Assembly: GCA_030390025.1 (NCBI GenBank)
Contig: CM059425.1
Location: forward strand, 163,496,001-163,560,000
Source of the DNA: Squalus acanthias
Lineage: Eukaryota
Direction: 5' to 3'
DNA length: 64,000 nucleotides
Positions 12,441 to 25,737 of the stretch are shown one piece after another. How positions within the stretch are numbered: the stretch's first letter is position 1; each line of letters begins with the position of its first letter. A program made the translations under genes and the position numbers. The notes under the pieces are model-generated. The model ran no database searches, was not told the origin of the DNA, and saw only the letters and a program-made list of their open reading frames with translations.

Positions 12441-15277
12441 TCTTCTCCTTTAAAAGCTTTATGTAGAATTATTTTTGTGTGAAAACCTTCAAAGAAAAGA
12501 TACTGAATGCCACTAATACTACTGTACATCATTACTTTACAATGCAAGCAATACACCAAAAAGAGTCATTAAAGGACTGTATATCGTGATATCACATTGC
12601 ATTTACTTCATGCATATGGTAGTTCTCAGTAGCTGCTATTTGGTTGTACCCATCTGATCTCATCTTCCTGCCGCACTTTGAGCGTGCACTGAAACATCTT
12701 CTGGCCTCTGCAATTGTTAATATCCACTTGCTTGAAATAATTATTACTCGCTTCCAAATGTTACATCATTGAAACCACTGCAGTTGCTCCAGAGGGCTCC
12801 CAAAAACTTTAAAAAAAACATTGACCAGCATTGGGACGCAAAGACGCTGCAGATCCAAATATGGGCATAAGAGCAGTAAAAAGGTCACAGAGGGGAGCTC
12901 TGAATAATATAAAAAATAGATAAATAAATAGGTTGCAGTGGGACCGCTTCACTCCAGAAGAATTCTAGTAATCCTACTGCTAAAACAAGCTTGAGTTTCA
13001 TAATGACCCAGTAAGCTTAAATTGAAGAGGTAGTGCTCCGAGATTGCTATCCTAGAGGTTTAAAAAGTAAAGCACAGACAAAAGCAAGCTTAACCGACAA
13101 ATCAAGGTTTAAGGGGAACATAGGAAAATGGGTAGGTCATTTAGAAAAGCTAAATCAAAAGGGGAGCACTTGTGATAAGTAGAGGTTAAAGGGGACCATT
13201 GACCACTTGAGTTGAAAGGAAAGAAAAAAGTGAAGGAATATCATATAGGGAGCCCCTGAGTGAAGTTAAATTATCATAAGGCAAGCAGGAGAAACATTAG
13301 AAACAAAGGGCACCTGTGAGACGCTAAAACAGAAGGGGGGAAACTAGAGAAGTACGTTTTTTAAAGAAGAACAGAAGAGAAGTATAAGATGGAAACCTTG
13401 AGGTCTGTTTGCTATAAGATGTTTTTAAAGGAGAGAGCCAGCTAGGTTTAAGAGAAGGTTTGGATGGGAGCTGGAAACCAGTATAATCTGGGACAGGGTT
13501 GCCAGAAAATAGACAAGATGGGGAGACCTTCAGGTTGGTACCTTGTTGTTCTACATAATGAAAGTTACTCTTGTGTTCAAGATGAGGGATGTCACCAGTG
13601 AGACATGGAACACTTTCTAATGTTAATATATACTGTCAGTATCAAGTCTCATAGAGTAAAGCTCCTTCTACAATGCTAGCAACAATATGCCTTAAGCCAG
13701 CCTAGAGGCTACCTACTGCCCCAACAATGATATTTCCGTTTCCCACCTCAGTCATCTCTGTGGCCTCTGAGTGAGATGATTAATTTAGGGCCAAATTTGG
13801 GCAGATTTGTGGTATTCACTCACAGTCTTTAGGAACTGGGTTGAGACTGCTCAATATATTTAGCTTGGCGTTCTGGCAGGAAGGGTTAGTAGGCTGTGAT
13901 TCTACTCTTCGAAGCTGCGTTCTTGCAGGGCAAGAATTTCGAATGTCCCTTCAAATCTACCTAGACCCTGACCTCTATCCCTGAGTTGAGCCTCGTCAGT
14001 GATGCACAGTGGGCAGGATTCCTACCGCCAAGTGGGAGATTGCCAGTATGAAGAGGAGAATCTGACAGTGCACTGTCAGTGACAGACACTGCTGCAGGAG
14101 CAGCAAGGGACCTTAAACGGTCAGAAGCACCTGGAAGATTGGACCACTGATGGCATTGGCCAAGACCAGGGCCTTAACCAGGTTAAGTGTCTGGGTACAA
14201 ACCGGAGGGAGAGGAGGCCACTACGAGGCCCTCTCCCTCCGCAGGGAGATCTTGGCGATCTTATTGCTGTTTTCTAGGACCCGCCACCACTTTTCCTATG
14301 GCGGCCGTGGGAAATGGCAGTGAAACAGGTGGACACAAGGAAAATCTGAAGAGCAGAGTGTCTAGAAACCTCAATTCCATATTTCCTTAATCATTATTGA
14401 CATTACTTTTTCACTTGTGTATTATGCCTGGAAATGTGTATATCCACCGGATTTGGTAAATTTGGATTGTTTTGGCCTTCTGAAATTGCAGCTGAAATAA
14501 AAGTCAAAACTAACCGTGCATTCCAACCAATAACGGCTTCAAATTGTACTTTATTGTGGTATTTCACAATGATTTTTGTGCAAAAATCATGGGTGATATT
14601 TTCATTAGAACTTCTTAGACAAAGCTTTTCGAGTGACGGTTTGCTGGGCAGTTTGAGTATGCCCTATTTCCACATGGTTGTGCCAGGTCTCGGCATGTTA
14701 TGCCAACTTCTAAGATGTGTCCACAGAAGTAGTAATGGCTTATCACCCTACTGGATGTTTCGTATAAAATTGATGGTAATTTGGTGGCAGTTCCCACTGA
14801 TTCACAATCTTCCAGTCTGGATTGAAGAGCAGTGTTAAGGGAAAATCAAAATTGCTATGAATGGCTGGCACCTTGCCCTTCGCATTCCAGCTGTGTCAGA
14901 AAACATTTGATGAAATATCTCCAGCCCATGTCCTTTGTACCAATGGTATTTTTGTCACACACTGAATACTGAAATAAGCCAAAGAGACTTTGGTTTATTT
15001 CTGTACACAATGAGGCTTTATTTCACCCACTGAAAAAATGGGTCCAATATCACACGTCTATTGTGTGATATACCAACATTCTAATCAGTTTAATCAACTG
15101 TACAGTCATACATTTAATCTGCAATATTTAGATATGCAATGAAAATATTGAAAAGAAACTGGGATAAAATAGTTTGCATGTTGAACAAGTCAGATTGTAA
15201 GAAGATTACAGGGACAATTTTCCTGCTCTGCTCCCTCTGCTCAGGCACTAAACAGGAGCACTGCTCCAGACGTACAC

Positions 15278-16013
15278 GGGGGTAAAGTTTCTGCTTTGGG
15301 CACAATCGGCAAAACAGGCGCAAATTATGCCCAAAATTGCGCCCGTTTTGAAAAGTGTTTTTCCCCCGAGTTTCCGCTCAAACTCATTTGCATATTGCCG
15401 AATGCAGAACCAGCCCTGAACCAGTGCAATCGGGCAGTGTCTTAAAACGTAATTTAAAAAAAAATTGTTTTAAAAATATTCCTTGATATATTTAAGAGTG
15501 GTAACTAGGCGCAGTTTGATTAATACAGCTGAAATTGGGTTTAATCACAAAAAAATTAGCATTTTTGATCATAATATCAATCCACCACCTGATAACTCGA
15601 TTTTAAATGACTGAAAATTATTTTTTTTAAATATACAGAAATATTTCCAAGTTATAATGGGGTACAGCAGTCAGTTTCTTAGAAAATTAAAAAGAAACTG
15701 ATATTCAAAAGCTTTTAAAATGTTCCTATTAGTGTCCTTGCGTCAGAAAGAACCAGCTTAATTTTTAGAGTCTCCTCAAAGGCCTGCAAATGAGCGTAAT
15801 TAACGGAAACTGTCAATGGTGATTAATTCATCCTTGGGGCATGGCCAGTTTTGTGGGCGGGGCCTGCTTTTAGCGCGATGTTTTTTAAACTAGTGCAAAA
15901 GATCGCGAAACTCTAGTTTGCGCTTAAAATTACGCAATCACTTGTGCCAGTTACACCAATTTTGGGCAAATTAAGCCGATAATACCAACGCAACTGAGCG
16001 GAAACTCCAGGCC
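15278..16013. mobile_element. Harbinger-type MITE with AT-rich core
   Basis: Imperfect TIRs ggggtaaagtttctgct / agcggaaactccaggcc, with repeated ttgcgc/gcgcaa subterminal motifs. Confidence 0.6.
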
Positions 16014-16914
16014 ACTGTATTTGTCCAGTTCTGGTCAATTAAATGGTACAGCCCTGATGTAGTCCCACCTCCTAGAAAGGCCTTGTGCTGTTAACAGGGT
16101 CTGCAAACTCAGAAGCATCTTGGTGTTCTACTGCCTCTCCAGCCTCAGTGATTCGGACCTTTTGGCCACCAATGGAGATTGAAATTTGGACTTTTGGAGG
16201 GAACTTTAAAATGAAATAGATGTTCTACCTTTTATTCTTCAGCCTGCCCTGAGACACCTGCGGACGCTCCAATCAGTGAGAGTTTGGAGGGGGCCACGGC
16301 ATCATCTTTACCGGGCACCCTGTGCTAGAGCACTTGGCAAGCATAGTGGGCAGATACCCTCCATCCCTTTTTCCTATCTCTCTCATCAGGGGAACTGAGC
16401 ATTCCCTGGAGTGCTGAGGCTAGGAAAAGTGGCCCTACTATATTGAATAAAGCTATTTGTAAGTTAGCATACTTCCCTTGAAAATTTGGAAAGTTGTGTC
16501 AAACTTCAAACAATGTTACTGGCAGTTACTCCATGGCATCTGAGGCCGATATCATCAATTGAATGCAATATGATTAATTGCAGTGTATCTTGGCATTATA
16601 TGGTCTTAAATAAGACTTTTTTAAACAAGGATTTTTACCATGACAACCCTCAAGTCAACACTCGGACTTTAAATTACGAGAATATACTGTGGCTTGCATT
16701 ATCTGCATTCTTTCACCTTGGGCATTGCCTCACTGCAAAGTCCATTAACAGCAATATCCTTCTGTCTGATGTAAATTGATTTCACAGCCCGAGTAAGATT
16801 AAATTGAACTTATTTCTATTGAATTTGTCTTCATTGCTGTGCCTAGCTATTGCTATACCATACATACAAGACCAAGATTTGGGGAGTCTCAATTATGTAC
16901 CAATTGCTGGGAAA

Positions 16915-17155
16915 GATCCCATATTTTTGTTCAAAGAAGAGCAGGGGTTCCCCTGAGTGTCCTGGCTAATCATTTTCCTCAACCAATGTCAACAAAAACA
17001 GATTAATTCGTTGTTCACCTCATTGCTGTTTGCAAGATTCTGCTGTGTGGAAAAAGGCTGATGTTTGTCCACAGGCCCTGCATTTAAATAAATAATTCAT
17101 TGTAGTGAAGTGCTTTGACAGACTTGATAAGGTGCTTTATAAATGCAAATCTTTA
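16915..17155 (+). mobile_element. Degenerate Deu-type SINE
   Basis: Diverged match to 4666-4875 (cattgctgtttg...gtgctttataaatgcaa). Confidence 0.55.
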
Positions 17156-17364
17156 CTTCAATTTCCATTATCTACTAGAGGTGAGGGGCGATCCTCTCAT
17201 GTCAAATAATAAAGGTTCGACTGATTCAAAATCCCAAACTTCATAAAATCCAGACAATCTACCATTATTCTTGACTTTGCATCTAGTATGTACATCTAAT
17301 TTGTGAGCTTTATGTAAAGTATTTCGAGACATATTTTTACATGAAATTTTCACATTTTCAACAG

Positions 17365-17522
17365 AAGATGGTCCGCCTTGCTCTTGTCCGCTGTGTACAT
17401 CAGATAAAGGGAGCTGTGTTCCTTTCTATGAGGGAATTGAACTGTCAAAAGAAATTGGAGCCGCTTACTTGGAACTTCACAGTCTCAATGACTTCTATGT
17501 TGGAAAATACTTCGGAGGAGTG
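17365..17522 (+). CDS. RHOBTB3: RHOBTB3 internal exon (end of atypical Rho-like domain)
   Basis: ttttcaacag acceptor, gtgagc donor. Phase-1 frame reads (E)DGPPCSCPLCTSDKGSCVPFYEGIELSKEIGAAYLELHSLNDFYVGKYFGGV, matching recalled RHOBTB3 'PCTCPLCTSDRGSCV...ELGATYLELHSLDDFYIGKYFGGV'. The acceptor could alternatively be at 17368 (NAGNAG). Confidence 0.95.
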
Positions 17523-18254
17523 GTGAGCAAAATTGTAATGTTTTCATTGGGTAGTTATTTTCTATAACTTGAAATTTTAAGATATTTTATCTATTTTCTT
17601 CATATTCTACTGCTAGGTAAAATGATTACAGAAAGAATCATTTTGGAAAGGTTGTTAATGTGCTCTCTAGTGTTTAGCTGCAATGTATTTACTACTGAAA
17701 AAGACAGTGGAGCTGAAAATCTATTGGGATTGCTCACCTGGAACCTCCACTATTGAACCTGTCAAAGTATGCATGGTTTGGGGGGAGGATCCCTTATTTA
17801 ACACACCTGTACCATTATGAGTGCATCTGCCCAGCAAAGAAGCCATTCATTTTGCCACCCTTTGTAAGGGTGTTGCTTTAGAGATATTAAAAAATTCCAC
17901 TTGCCTGAAATCTTTGGAGGTCCAGGCCACAATCCTCAGCCTGGACCCTGTTGTATGGCCAATTCCACCATTCAGAGGCCTTGTATGATTCACCTCACCA
18001 GGCATATAGCTGCTGATGGTTCACCAGATCCCTGTGATGCCAGAGACTTGAACTTCCAGTGTATGCAACTCCTGACCTAATTTCTGGCCTTCTCTGACGC
18101 ACTCCCACTGGAGTTACAGAATGCTCAGGATTTTTGTCACCAGTATATCTTATTGGCTGTGTGGAAGGTTACAGCTGTAACTAAGTTCAAGTTGTTTGGA
18201 CCTTACAATTAATTCAGTGATTCTGGGGTGTTGATCTTAAACATTAGAGATAAA

Positions 18255-18460
18255 AAGAAAAACTGTAAATGCTGGAAGTCTAAAATAAAAAGATGAACAT
18301 TTTGAAAATACCCAGCTGGCCTTTCAACAACTGATCTGAGAAAAAATAGGTTAATGTTTGATGGAATGAAGCTTTAACAAAGGGTTGCACCGAAACTGTT
18401 AACGTGCCTTTTCTCTTCTCAGATGCTGACAGAGCAGCTACTTGTAGTTTAGCACTTTAA
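18255..18460. mobile_element. Degenerate Penelope-like inverted terminal fragment
   Basis: aaatgctggaa..aaaatacccagctggcc ... ccgaaactgttaac..ttctcagatgctgac resembles 932-1060 and 47230-47323. Confidence 0.4.
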
Positions 18461-18647
18461 AAATATTTTTAGAGGATCAGTCAAGCAAAAAGTTGACATC
18501 AACTTTTGTAAACCTTAGAAACAGGTAGCTTTGTTTACCAGTCAATTCAGATTAACTTGTCACTTCCAGTAATGCCAACCCCACCGTCTCATGAGATTTG
18601 GTATAGAAATCATGAATTGCTTTTTTTTCCTGACCCGACCCCTCATT

Positions 18648-18775
18648 GACCTTTGCTCCCAGACACGAAGCGCATTCCATGACATTTGCTCCCGGAAAGG
18701 AAGCGCATTCCACGACCTTTGCTCCCGGAAAGGAAGCGCATTCCACGACCTTTGCTCACGGAAAGGAAGCGCATT
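18648..18775. repeat. 33-bp tandem repeat, about 4 copies
   Basis: Unit GACCTTTGCTCCCGGAAAGGAAGCGCATTCCAC starting at 18648, 18681, 18714 and 18747. Confidence 0.92.
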
Positions 18776-19879
18776 GGGTCGTCACTTACCAATTACTGAC
18801 GTAAGAATGTAAGAACATAAGAATTGGGTGCCTTGCACTTCTGATTACAAAAAGTAATAAAAAAAATAAGGATTTCTGCACATATGGGGTGCGGATCTAA
18901 TTTCCCCGAAACAGGCCTCTGGGTTACTAGTCCAGTAACATAACCACTACACCATGGTACCATATGCGTGAGGGCATACATAGGATGAGCATCAGTCAGG
19001 ATGTCTTCCATGATCATGCAGCCTGCCAACACTAGCTGCTTGGGTTAGTACATAGCTACTTTGGCAATGTACGAGAGGGCATACAATGCCTGTGAAACCG
19101 TACCCCAGCCCGAGTCAGTGGTTTCAGAGGAAGAGAGAAGAAAAAAGAAGGATGAAAATATAGTCTATCAGGAAAACAGATTCAGAAAATAGATTTGTGT
19201 TGGGGCGAGGAGAGTGAGTGGAGTATTTGTTTCTTGTTCCTATTCTTGCGCTCCTATGTTCACATTAGAGGCTGGATTCCAGTAACTACACTCGCAAGAA
19301 TCTCTGCACTAATAACACAGTGTGGGTGGGCGTTACCAAGCGCAGCATTTTAGGAACAAATCCTTAAAGCAGCTTCTCTGATTCTGACAGCGTTCACCTA
19401 CTGTCAAGCACTCATTCTGACCTCAAACACTTCTAATGAAATAGAGGTTTTTTTGTCTCAGCCCTCTGTGGAAAATCTTCATAACTTGCTCCAGTGACTT
19501 TCCTCCAACATTGCGATGAGAAATTAAACGTTTTTCAAGCATTAAATTGGATTTAATCAGAAAATATTGGCTGAAAAAACAGAGTTACCTCATAATGTAA
19601 TCAAATTAATAATAGATTGCGACAATCTTGAGGATTGGTAAGCACAAAATGCAACATTTTCATTAGGTGATTTGTTTCCAGTGGAGCTGTCCCTGAATAA
19701 CTTAGTATCTGTGTAGGCTCCTTTGAAAAATAAGTGTTTGGGAGAAACCTAGAAATACATCTATAATATGTCTGTGAACAGTAATTACTTACCTCTATCA
19801 TTTCAAAATATTTCATTAAGCTTTCATTAAACTTGATTCCTACTCCTCAGAAATTGAATTGATGTAGTATGTGTTCTCT

Positions 19880-22003
19880 ATTCTTCTTAGGCAGTCCCTC
19901 GGAACCGAGGATGACTTGCTTCCACACTAAAAATGAGTTCTCAGGTGGCTGATGAGTCCAATGCGGGACCTACAGTCTCTGTCACAGGTGGGGCAGATGG
20001 TGGTTGAAGGGGCGGGTGGGTGGGGTGCTTGGGTTGACGTGCGCTCCTTCCGCTGTTTGTGCTTGGCTTCCGCTTGCTTCCAGCGAAGAGACTCGAGGTG
20101 TTCGGCGCCTTCCCGGATGCTTCTCCTCCACTTTGTGTGGTCTTGGGCCAGGGATTCCCAGGTGTCGGTGGGGATGTTGCACTTTTTCAAGGAGGCTTTG
20201 AGGGTGTCCTTCAAGCGTTTCCTCTGCCCACCTGGGGCTCTCTTGCCGTGTCGGAGCTCTGAGTAGAACGCTTGTTTTGGGAGTCTCGTATCGGGCATGC
20301 TGATCGAGCGTGGTCAAAGCTTCGATGCTGGGGATGTTGGCCTGAGCGAGAACACTGATGTTGGTGTGCCTATCCTGCCAATGAATTTGCAGGATCTTGC
20401 GGAGGCAGCGTTGGTGGTACCTCTCCAGTGCTTTGAAGTGCCTGCTGTACATGGTCCATGTCTCTGAAGCATACAGGAGGGCGGGTATCACTACTGCTCT
20501 GTAGACCATAAGCTTGGTGCTGGTTTTGAGGTCCTGGTCTTCAAAAACTCTCTTCCTCAGGTGACCGAAGGCTGCACTGGCACACTGAAGGCGGTGTTGG
20601 ACTTAGTCATCAACATCTGCCCTTGTTGACAGTAGGCTCCCGAGGTATGGAAAGTGGTCCATGTTGTCCAAGGCCTTGTCGTGGATTTTGATAATCGGGG
20701 GGCAGTACTGTGTGGCGGGGGCAGGTTGGTAGAGGACCTTTGTCTTACGGATGTTTAGTGTAAGGCCCATGCTCTCGTACGCTTCAGTGAAGGTGTTGAC
20801 GATGGTTTGGAGTTCGTCCTCAGAGTGTGCGCAGACGCAAGCGTCGTCTGCATACTGTAATTCGATGACAGGATGGGATGACCTTGGATCTGGACTGGAG
20901 GCGACGGAGGTTGAACAGTTTCCCGTTTGTTCTGTAGATTAGCTCCACTCCAGCGGGGAGCTTACTGAGGGTGAGATGGAGCATTGCAGCCAGGAAGATC
21001 GAGAAGAGCGTTGGTGCGATGACACAGTCTTGCTTGACCCCGGTCCGTACGTGAATTGGGTCTGTGGTGGATCCGTTGGTCAGGATCATGGCTTGCATGT
21101 CATCGTGAAGCAGGTGGAGGATGGTGACAAACTTTTGAGGGCAGCCGAATTTGAGGAGGACACTCCATAATCCCTCATGGTTGATGGTGTCAAAGGCCTT
21201 TGTGAAGTCAAAGAAGGCCATGTACAGTGGTTGGTGCTGTTCCCTGCATTTCTCTTGTAGTTGACGCGCGGTGAAGATCATGTCCATTGTGCCCCTTAGT
21301 GGGCGGAATACGCATTGCGACTCTGGGAGGAGCTCTTACGCCACTGGGAAGAGGTGATTGAGGAGGATTCTTGCGATGACTTTCCCTGTGGCAGACAGCA
21401 GGGAGACTCCTCTGTAATTACTGCAATCGGACTTGTCACCTTTCTTGAAGATGGTCACGATTACGGCATCTCTGAGATCCCCTGGCATGCTCTCCTCCTT
21501 CCACATAAGAGAAATGAGTTCATGTATTCGCGCCAATAGTGCTTCTCTGCCATGTTTTAGCGCCTCGGCGGGGATTCCATCTGCTCCTGAGGCCTTGTTG
21601 TTCTTCAGTTGTCAGATGGTCTTTTCAACCTCATGCTGGGCTGGGGTTGTGCTGAGGTGGTGGCGGGTAGCATGCTGCGGGATGGAGTTGAGGACACTCA
21701 CGTCGAAGACAGAGTCTCGGTTAAGGAGATCTTCGAAGTGCTCCTTCCAGCGGGCACTGACTGCCTCTCTGTCCTTGATGAGTACCTCTCCGTTCTTGGC
21801 CTGTAGTGGGGTAGGACCTTGGGTGCTTGGGCCGTAGATGGTCTTGACTGCGCTAAAGAATCCACGCACGTCGTGGTTGTCGGCTAGCTGCTGGATCTCC
21901 TGTGCTTTCACCACCCACCATCTGTTCTTTAGGTCGCGAGTTTTTTGTTGGACCTCGGCCTTCAGGCGTCTGTAGAGCTGCTTCCTTCCTCTCAAGTTCT
22001 GTT
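19880..22003 (-). mobile_element. RTE-clade LINE, 5'-truncated and frameshifted
   Basis: Motifs KGDKSDCSNYRGVSLLS, MIFTARQLQEKCREQ..FDFTKAFD, and C-terminal CPTCDRDCRSRIGLISHLRTH; short (AAG)n-like tail at 19880. Confidence 0.92.
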
Positions 22004-22084
22004 GCTGTTCTATATGCATTAAATTGTTGCATTAGCTGTTTAAAAACATTTTGTGGTATTTTCACTAAACTTAAGTGACTTCCT

Positions 22085-22740
22085 GGTTGGGATTTTCCAC
22101 TTTGTCGTAACGCTGGGGGAAATGCGGCAGAGTCAGGTAGAGCCCCTTCAGGAAGATCTCCCAACACCTTGTCTATTTCAGACAGGGTGTTGGAGGTCTT
22201 TCTGCAGATGATGAGGCAGAAGAGGGACAGTCTATTTGAGGTTTGGGGCATGAGGTCATTGAGTAGTGGCTGGAGCCCAGTGAAAGGACGTGGCACTGGT
22301 GGTAAGTGCCAGCTCCATGACTCCCTCCCCACCCCCTGGTCAGCTGTGCAATGCCTAAAGAAGTTTTGAATGACCTTACAATGGCCCCTTTGCATGTGCA
22401 GCACCATGATATTTGACTTCACAGCACCATCGGTCTTCCTGGAAGTGTGGCAGCTCCAGGCAGGACTGCAGTGGATGCCACTACATCAGAGGTCCATGGA
22501 GCGGGATGAGCTTCCTCTCTGACAACTCAGAAGGCTGCAGGCTTTACTGATCTAATTGGTACCATTCAGTTTGCCTCTCTGCAAATTAATGGCCTGGCAG
22601 AGCCAGTTCCCAGTACCTATAGCATGGCAGGAAGGTGCTTGACAAAATCTTGCTGTCACTTCCTAACTAGTCAATCATGTTGTCCAGCCAATCCCCCTTC
22701 CCCAGATTACTGCCCATGTGGTGAAGTTGAAAATACCCTC
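22085..22740 (+). mobile_element. Degenerate Harbinger derivative with Myb remnant
   Basis: ISDRVLEVFLQMMRQKRDSLF...WSAVQCLKKF.NDL at 22169-22380; weak TIR-like ends (gggattttcc / gaaaataccc). Confidence 0.5.
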
Positions 22741-23786
22741 AGTGATGAAGTGTAAACATTGGCACTGCTGGTAAGAGCACAAAATAAATGTTTGCGAATT
22801 GGTGCAGTTCCTGTATTTGCTTGCAATATTTTTGCCACAGCTTGGAAGTGACTCGCATGATGTCTAATGAAAGGGGGTTGATTGGTTTGTTAGAAATACA
22901 GAAGATTGAGTATGGTCGATTCTCAGAAATAGGCAGGAGGCAATGTTAATGCAGAGAGAAGGTGCGGTTTACAGGAGAAGGTGCCTCGAATCAGCTGGTT
23001 CTGAATATCACCAGTCGCTGGTATTTGGTTTTGCTGATTTGGTCTTACTGCTGCTGTTGGTTGTCTTTATCCCCGGATATCTTTTTATTTGGCTTCTTCC
23101 TTTGTGGTCTGCATGATGAGTCCTGTGAATTTGTGTAGTATTCCACACACTATGACAATCCTTGAAAGTCATGTTGGACTGTACTGCAGAGCTGATCAGA
23201 CTGATCCAGGTACCTTGAAGCATGGCTTCAACATTCCAATTCTGTGTTGAATTGTAATCCTTGTGGCAGAATGTGGTCCTTGCTGTGTAGATGTTATCAG
23301 CCAAGGGTACAAAGATTATCCTTTATCTCGCAGGATTCACTTGCTTTTCAACTTGAAAATGGGGACTACCATAGACTGTCTTAATATAAAGGAATTGTGG
23401 AGGATGCCAAGAAACTGACTACTGACATGCATGATGCACAAGCTGGGCATTGAGGGAGTGGTAGCCTTTCCTGTTGATTTAAGTGATAGGTCTGATGAGG
23501 GTAGCATGAATGGCCATGTGGGTGCCATCTGTGGCCTACCACTTGATAAAGTTACATGGCATTCTCATGCTGAAGCCAGGACTCCTCAAGAAAACTGCTG
23601 AACTGGCTTATTCTGGCAAACAAAGCAGCAGAGACCTGGCTGATGCATCTGTGGTCAGCTGACCTAAAATGTTCGAAATATCCCAGAAAGTAGCTGGAAT
23701 TTGCGTGCTGCATAAATGTTCAAGAATGTAGTGATTACCTTTACAGCCATTAGCAGTGGATGTGCTGGCTCCCCTTGTGAAATGAA

Positions 23787-25438
23787 GGGCTCGATTTTAA
23801 CAGCCCTGAGGAGGCAGATTTGGAGGCGTGTCAGCTGGTAAAATCGGAAAAAATGGCTTCAGACCTCCATCCCGCCCCCACGCGATTTTCGTGAGTGCCT
23901 GTTCAGCTGCTCCCAAACTGACCCGACTCCAACTGCTGGGACAGGTAGTTAAGAGCCTGGTAACTGCCTTGATAATTCTATTTTGATAGAGGTTTCCCAT
24001 TTTCATACCTCTGGCTCCTGTTTCCCGTCTTGTCAGAAACAGTCCAGCTGCAAGGAGACGAGTTGGTGGAGGACATGATCTGTAGTCATTATTGGTGCAG
24101 AACTTTAAAAGCGCTCCTGTAACATGGCTGGCATTCAAATGCAACAACTTTGTTGTTGGAGATTTGGGATAAGATTTTGCAAATCTACTGATCTTGTGAC
24201 TGGTCAAGCTGACACACATCTGCTGTTTGAACTGATTAGAATAATTTCAGGCCACTTTGTGCGCTTGCAAGCTTCTTGCCTCAACTGAAATCTGTAACAA
24301 TGGGATCGGATCTCATCCTGGTCGCCAGATTCGGAGGAAGAGCAGTGCGGCTTAGTGCTTCGGATGAACAAGTGGCTCAGCACACAGCCTCCTTGGAGGA
24401 AGAGGAAGAGGACGAGAAGGAGGATGAGTAGGAGGACGGGGAGTGATGCCTTGCGGGGCCGGATGTGGCCAATCCAGCAGCAGGCAACCACATTGCTGGC
24501 TGTCAGGCAAGGGATGCACTCATCCATGCCAGATTCGCGTAAGCTTACGCTTCAACCACAGCTGGCTGGCACATGGAGATGAATATAAGTCCGACATTCT
24601 CAAAACCCCAGGCATCATCTGATCAATAAACGGTGGTTTGCGCTCAGTGTCACCACCATCATTCTACATGGAAATCACCCTGAGCCCTCACTCTTGAACT
24701 TCCATTTCCCAGAACACAGAGGCCACACTTTAGGTGATCTCAGCAGATCGTTAAACCTTTTTCCACACTGAACCCATGTGCGTCTGCACACAGACCTTGA
24801 GCTCACCTCCTCAGCAATTTGCAGCCAAGCGGCCTTGGTTTGCTGAGGAGGCCTCCTCCTTCCGTTTCCAGGGAAGAGGAGCTCCTGACGTCCTCTAACT
24901 CCCTCAACAAGAGCATGGAGAGAGCCCTCATTGAATCTGGGTGCAACCTTGGTTATTGGGGCTGCCGTTCCTGCAGTTCCCAGCACCTTTAAGAGAAAAA
25001 AGCATTAATATTACTAAGCCAATGATTGGAACACATCTGGCATCGTTTTCATTTTATTGTCAGATAATAAATATAGAAAATAATCCTAAATATCTTTCTG
25101 GAATAATATGACCAGCAATTTCATTCATTAAATTTTGCTCAGAACAGACGCTATCAACTCCCCTTTCTATATAATACAGCACCAATCCATCCTATTGACA
25201 TTTTTTCCAAAGTGGACATGGCCCCTTTCAATTTTCATTCAAACAACGCGTCATCAGACGTGAGAAACTGACAGCCTCCAAGCAATTGCCTGGAGGGACC
25301 CGACCCGCACGTCGGCTGTAACGAGGCCAATCAACCCAAAATAGTAACTGATGGGAGGCGGCAGCTGGGAGCGGGTCGGAAAGCCGCTGAGCAGCAGGGG
25401 CCTGCCCTCAACCCACCTCCTCCATTAAAATCGAGGCC
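23787..25438. mobile_element. Internally deleted Harbinger
   Basis: TIRs gggctcgattttaa / ttaaaatcgaggcc (13/14), flanks gaa/gat. Transposase N-/C-terminal remnant on + (24300-24542, ..QARDALIHARFA*). Myb exon on - (24675-24986, APRFNEGSLHALVEGV..TWVQCGKRFNDL). Confidence 0.88.
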
Positions 25439-25737
25439 GATGCCTCCTCATGCACAGTTTCTGGGTGAGATGCAGCTAGGAACAGCGGGGTCTGTAAATT
25501 CTAGTGTGTGGATACACCCGGGTAGTTGTGAGACACCTCCTGTGCAGCCTGACCCACTTGCATTCCCTTTGCTCTTCCTCCTCCCGCTGCTCCCTAAAAC
25601 AGATATTTCAAAAGCAATGTTATGCGTCCAGGGTTGAATGGGTAAGGGTCTGTGAATTTGGAAGTTAAGGAACTGAAGACCTCTAATGTTGATGTTTAGC
25701 AGGCAGAAAATACCAACAAAAAAAACTGAAAGAAATA

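Noticed and set aside
13925..14350. GC-richer patch resembling a Harbinger derivative (similar patches at ~16170-16440, 52057-52375, 63680-63850)
   Set aside because: Only vague motif similarity; no verifiable TIR/TSD pair or coding remnant.
17341..17526. ORF-track protein MKFSHFQQKMVRLALVRC...
   Set aside because: Wrong frame; the real coding frame is the spliced RHOBTB3 exon.
18648..18775. CRISPR-like 33-bp repeats
   Set aside because: Units are contiguous with no unique spacers, no cas genes are present, and the context is a vertebrate intron.
22900..23600. Old RT-like remnants on the - strand (VVPIFK, ADNIY)
   Set aside because: Too short and decayed to support a family call or boundaries.
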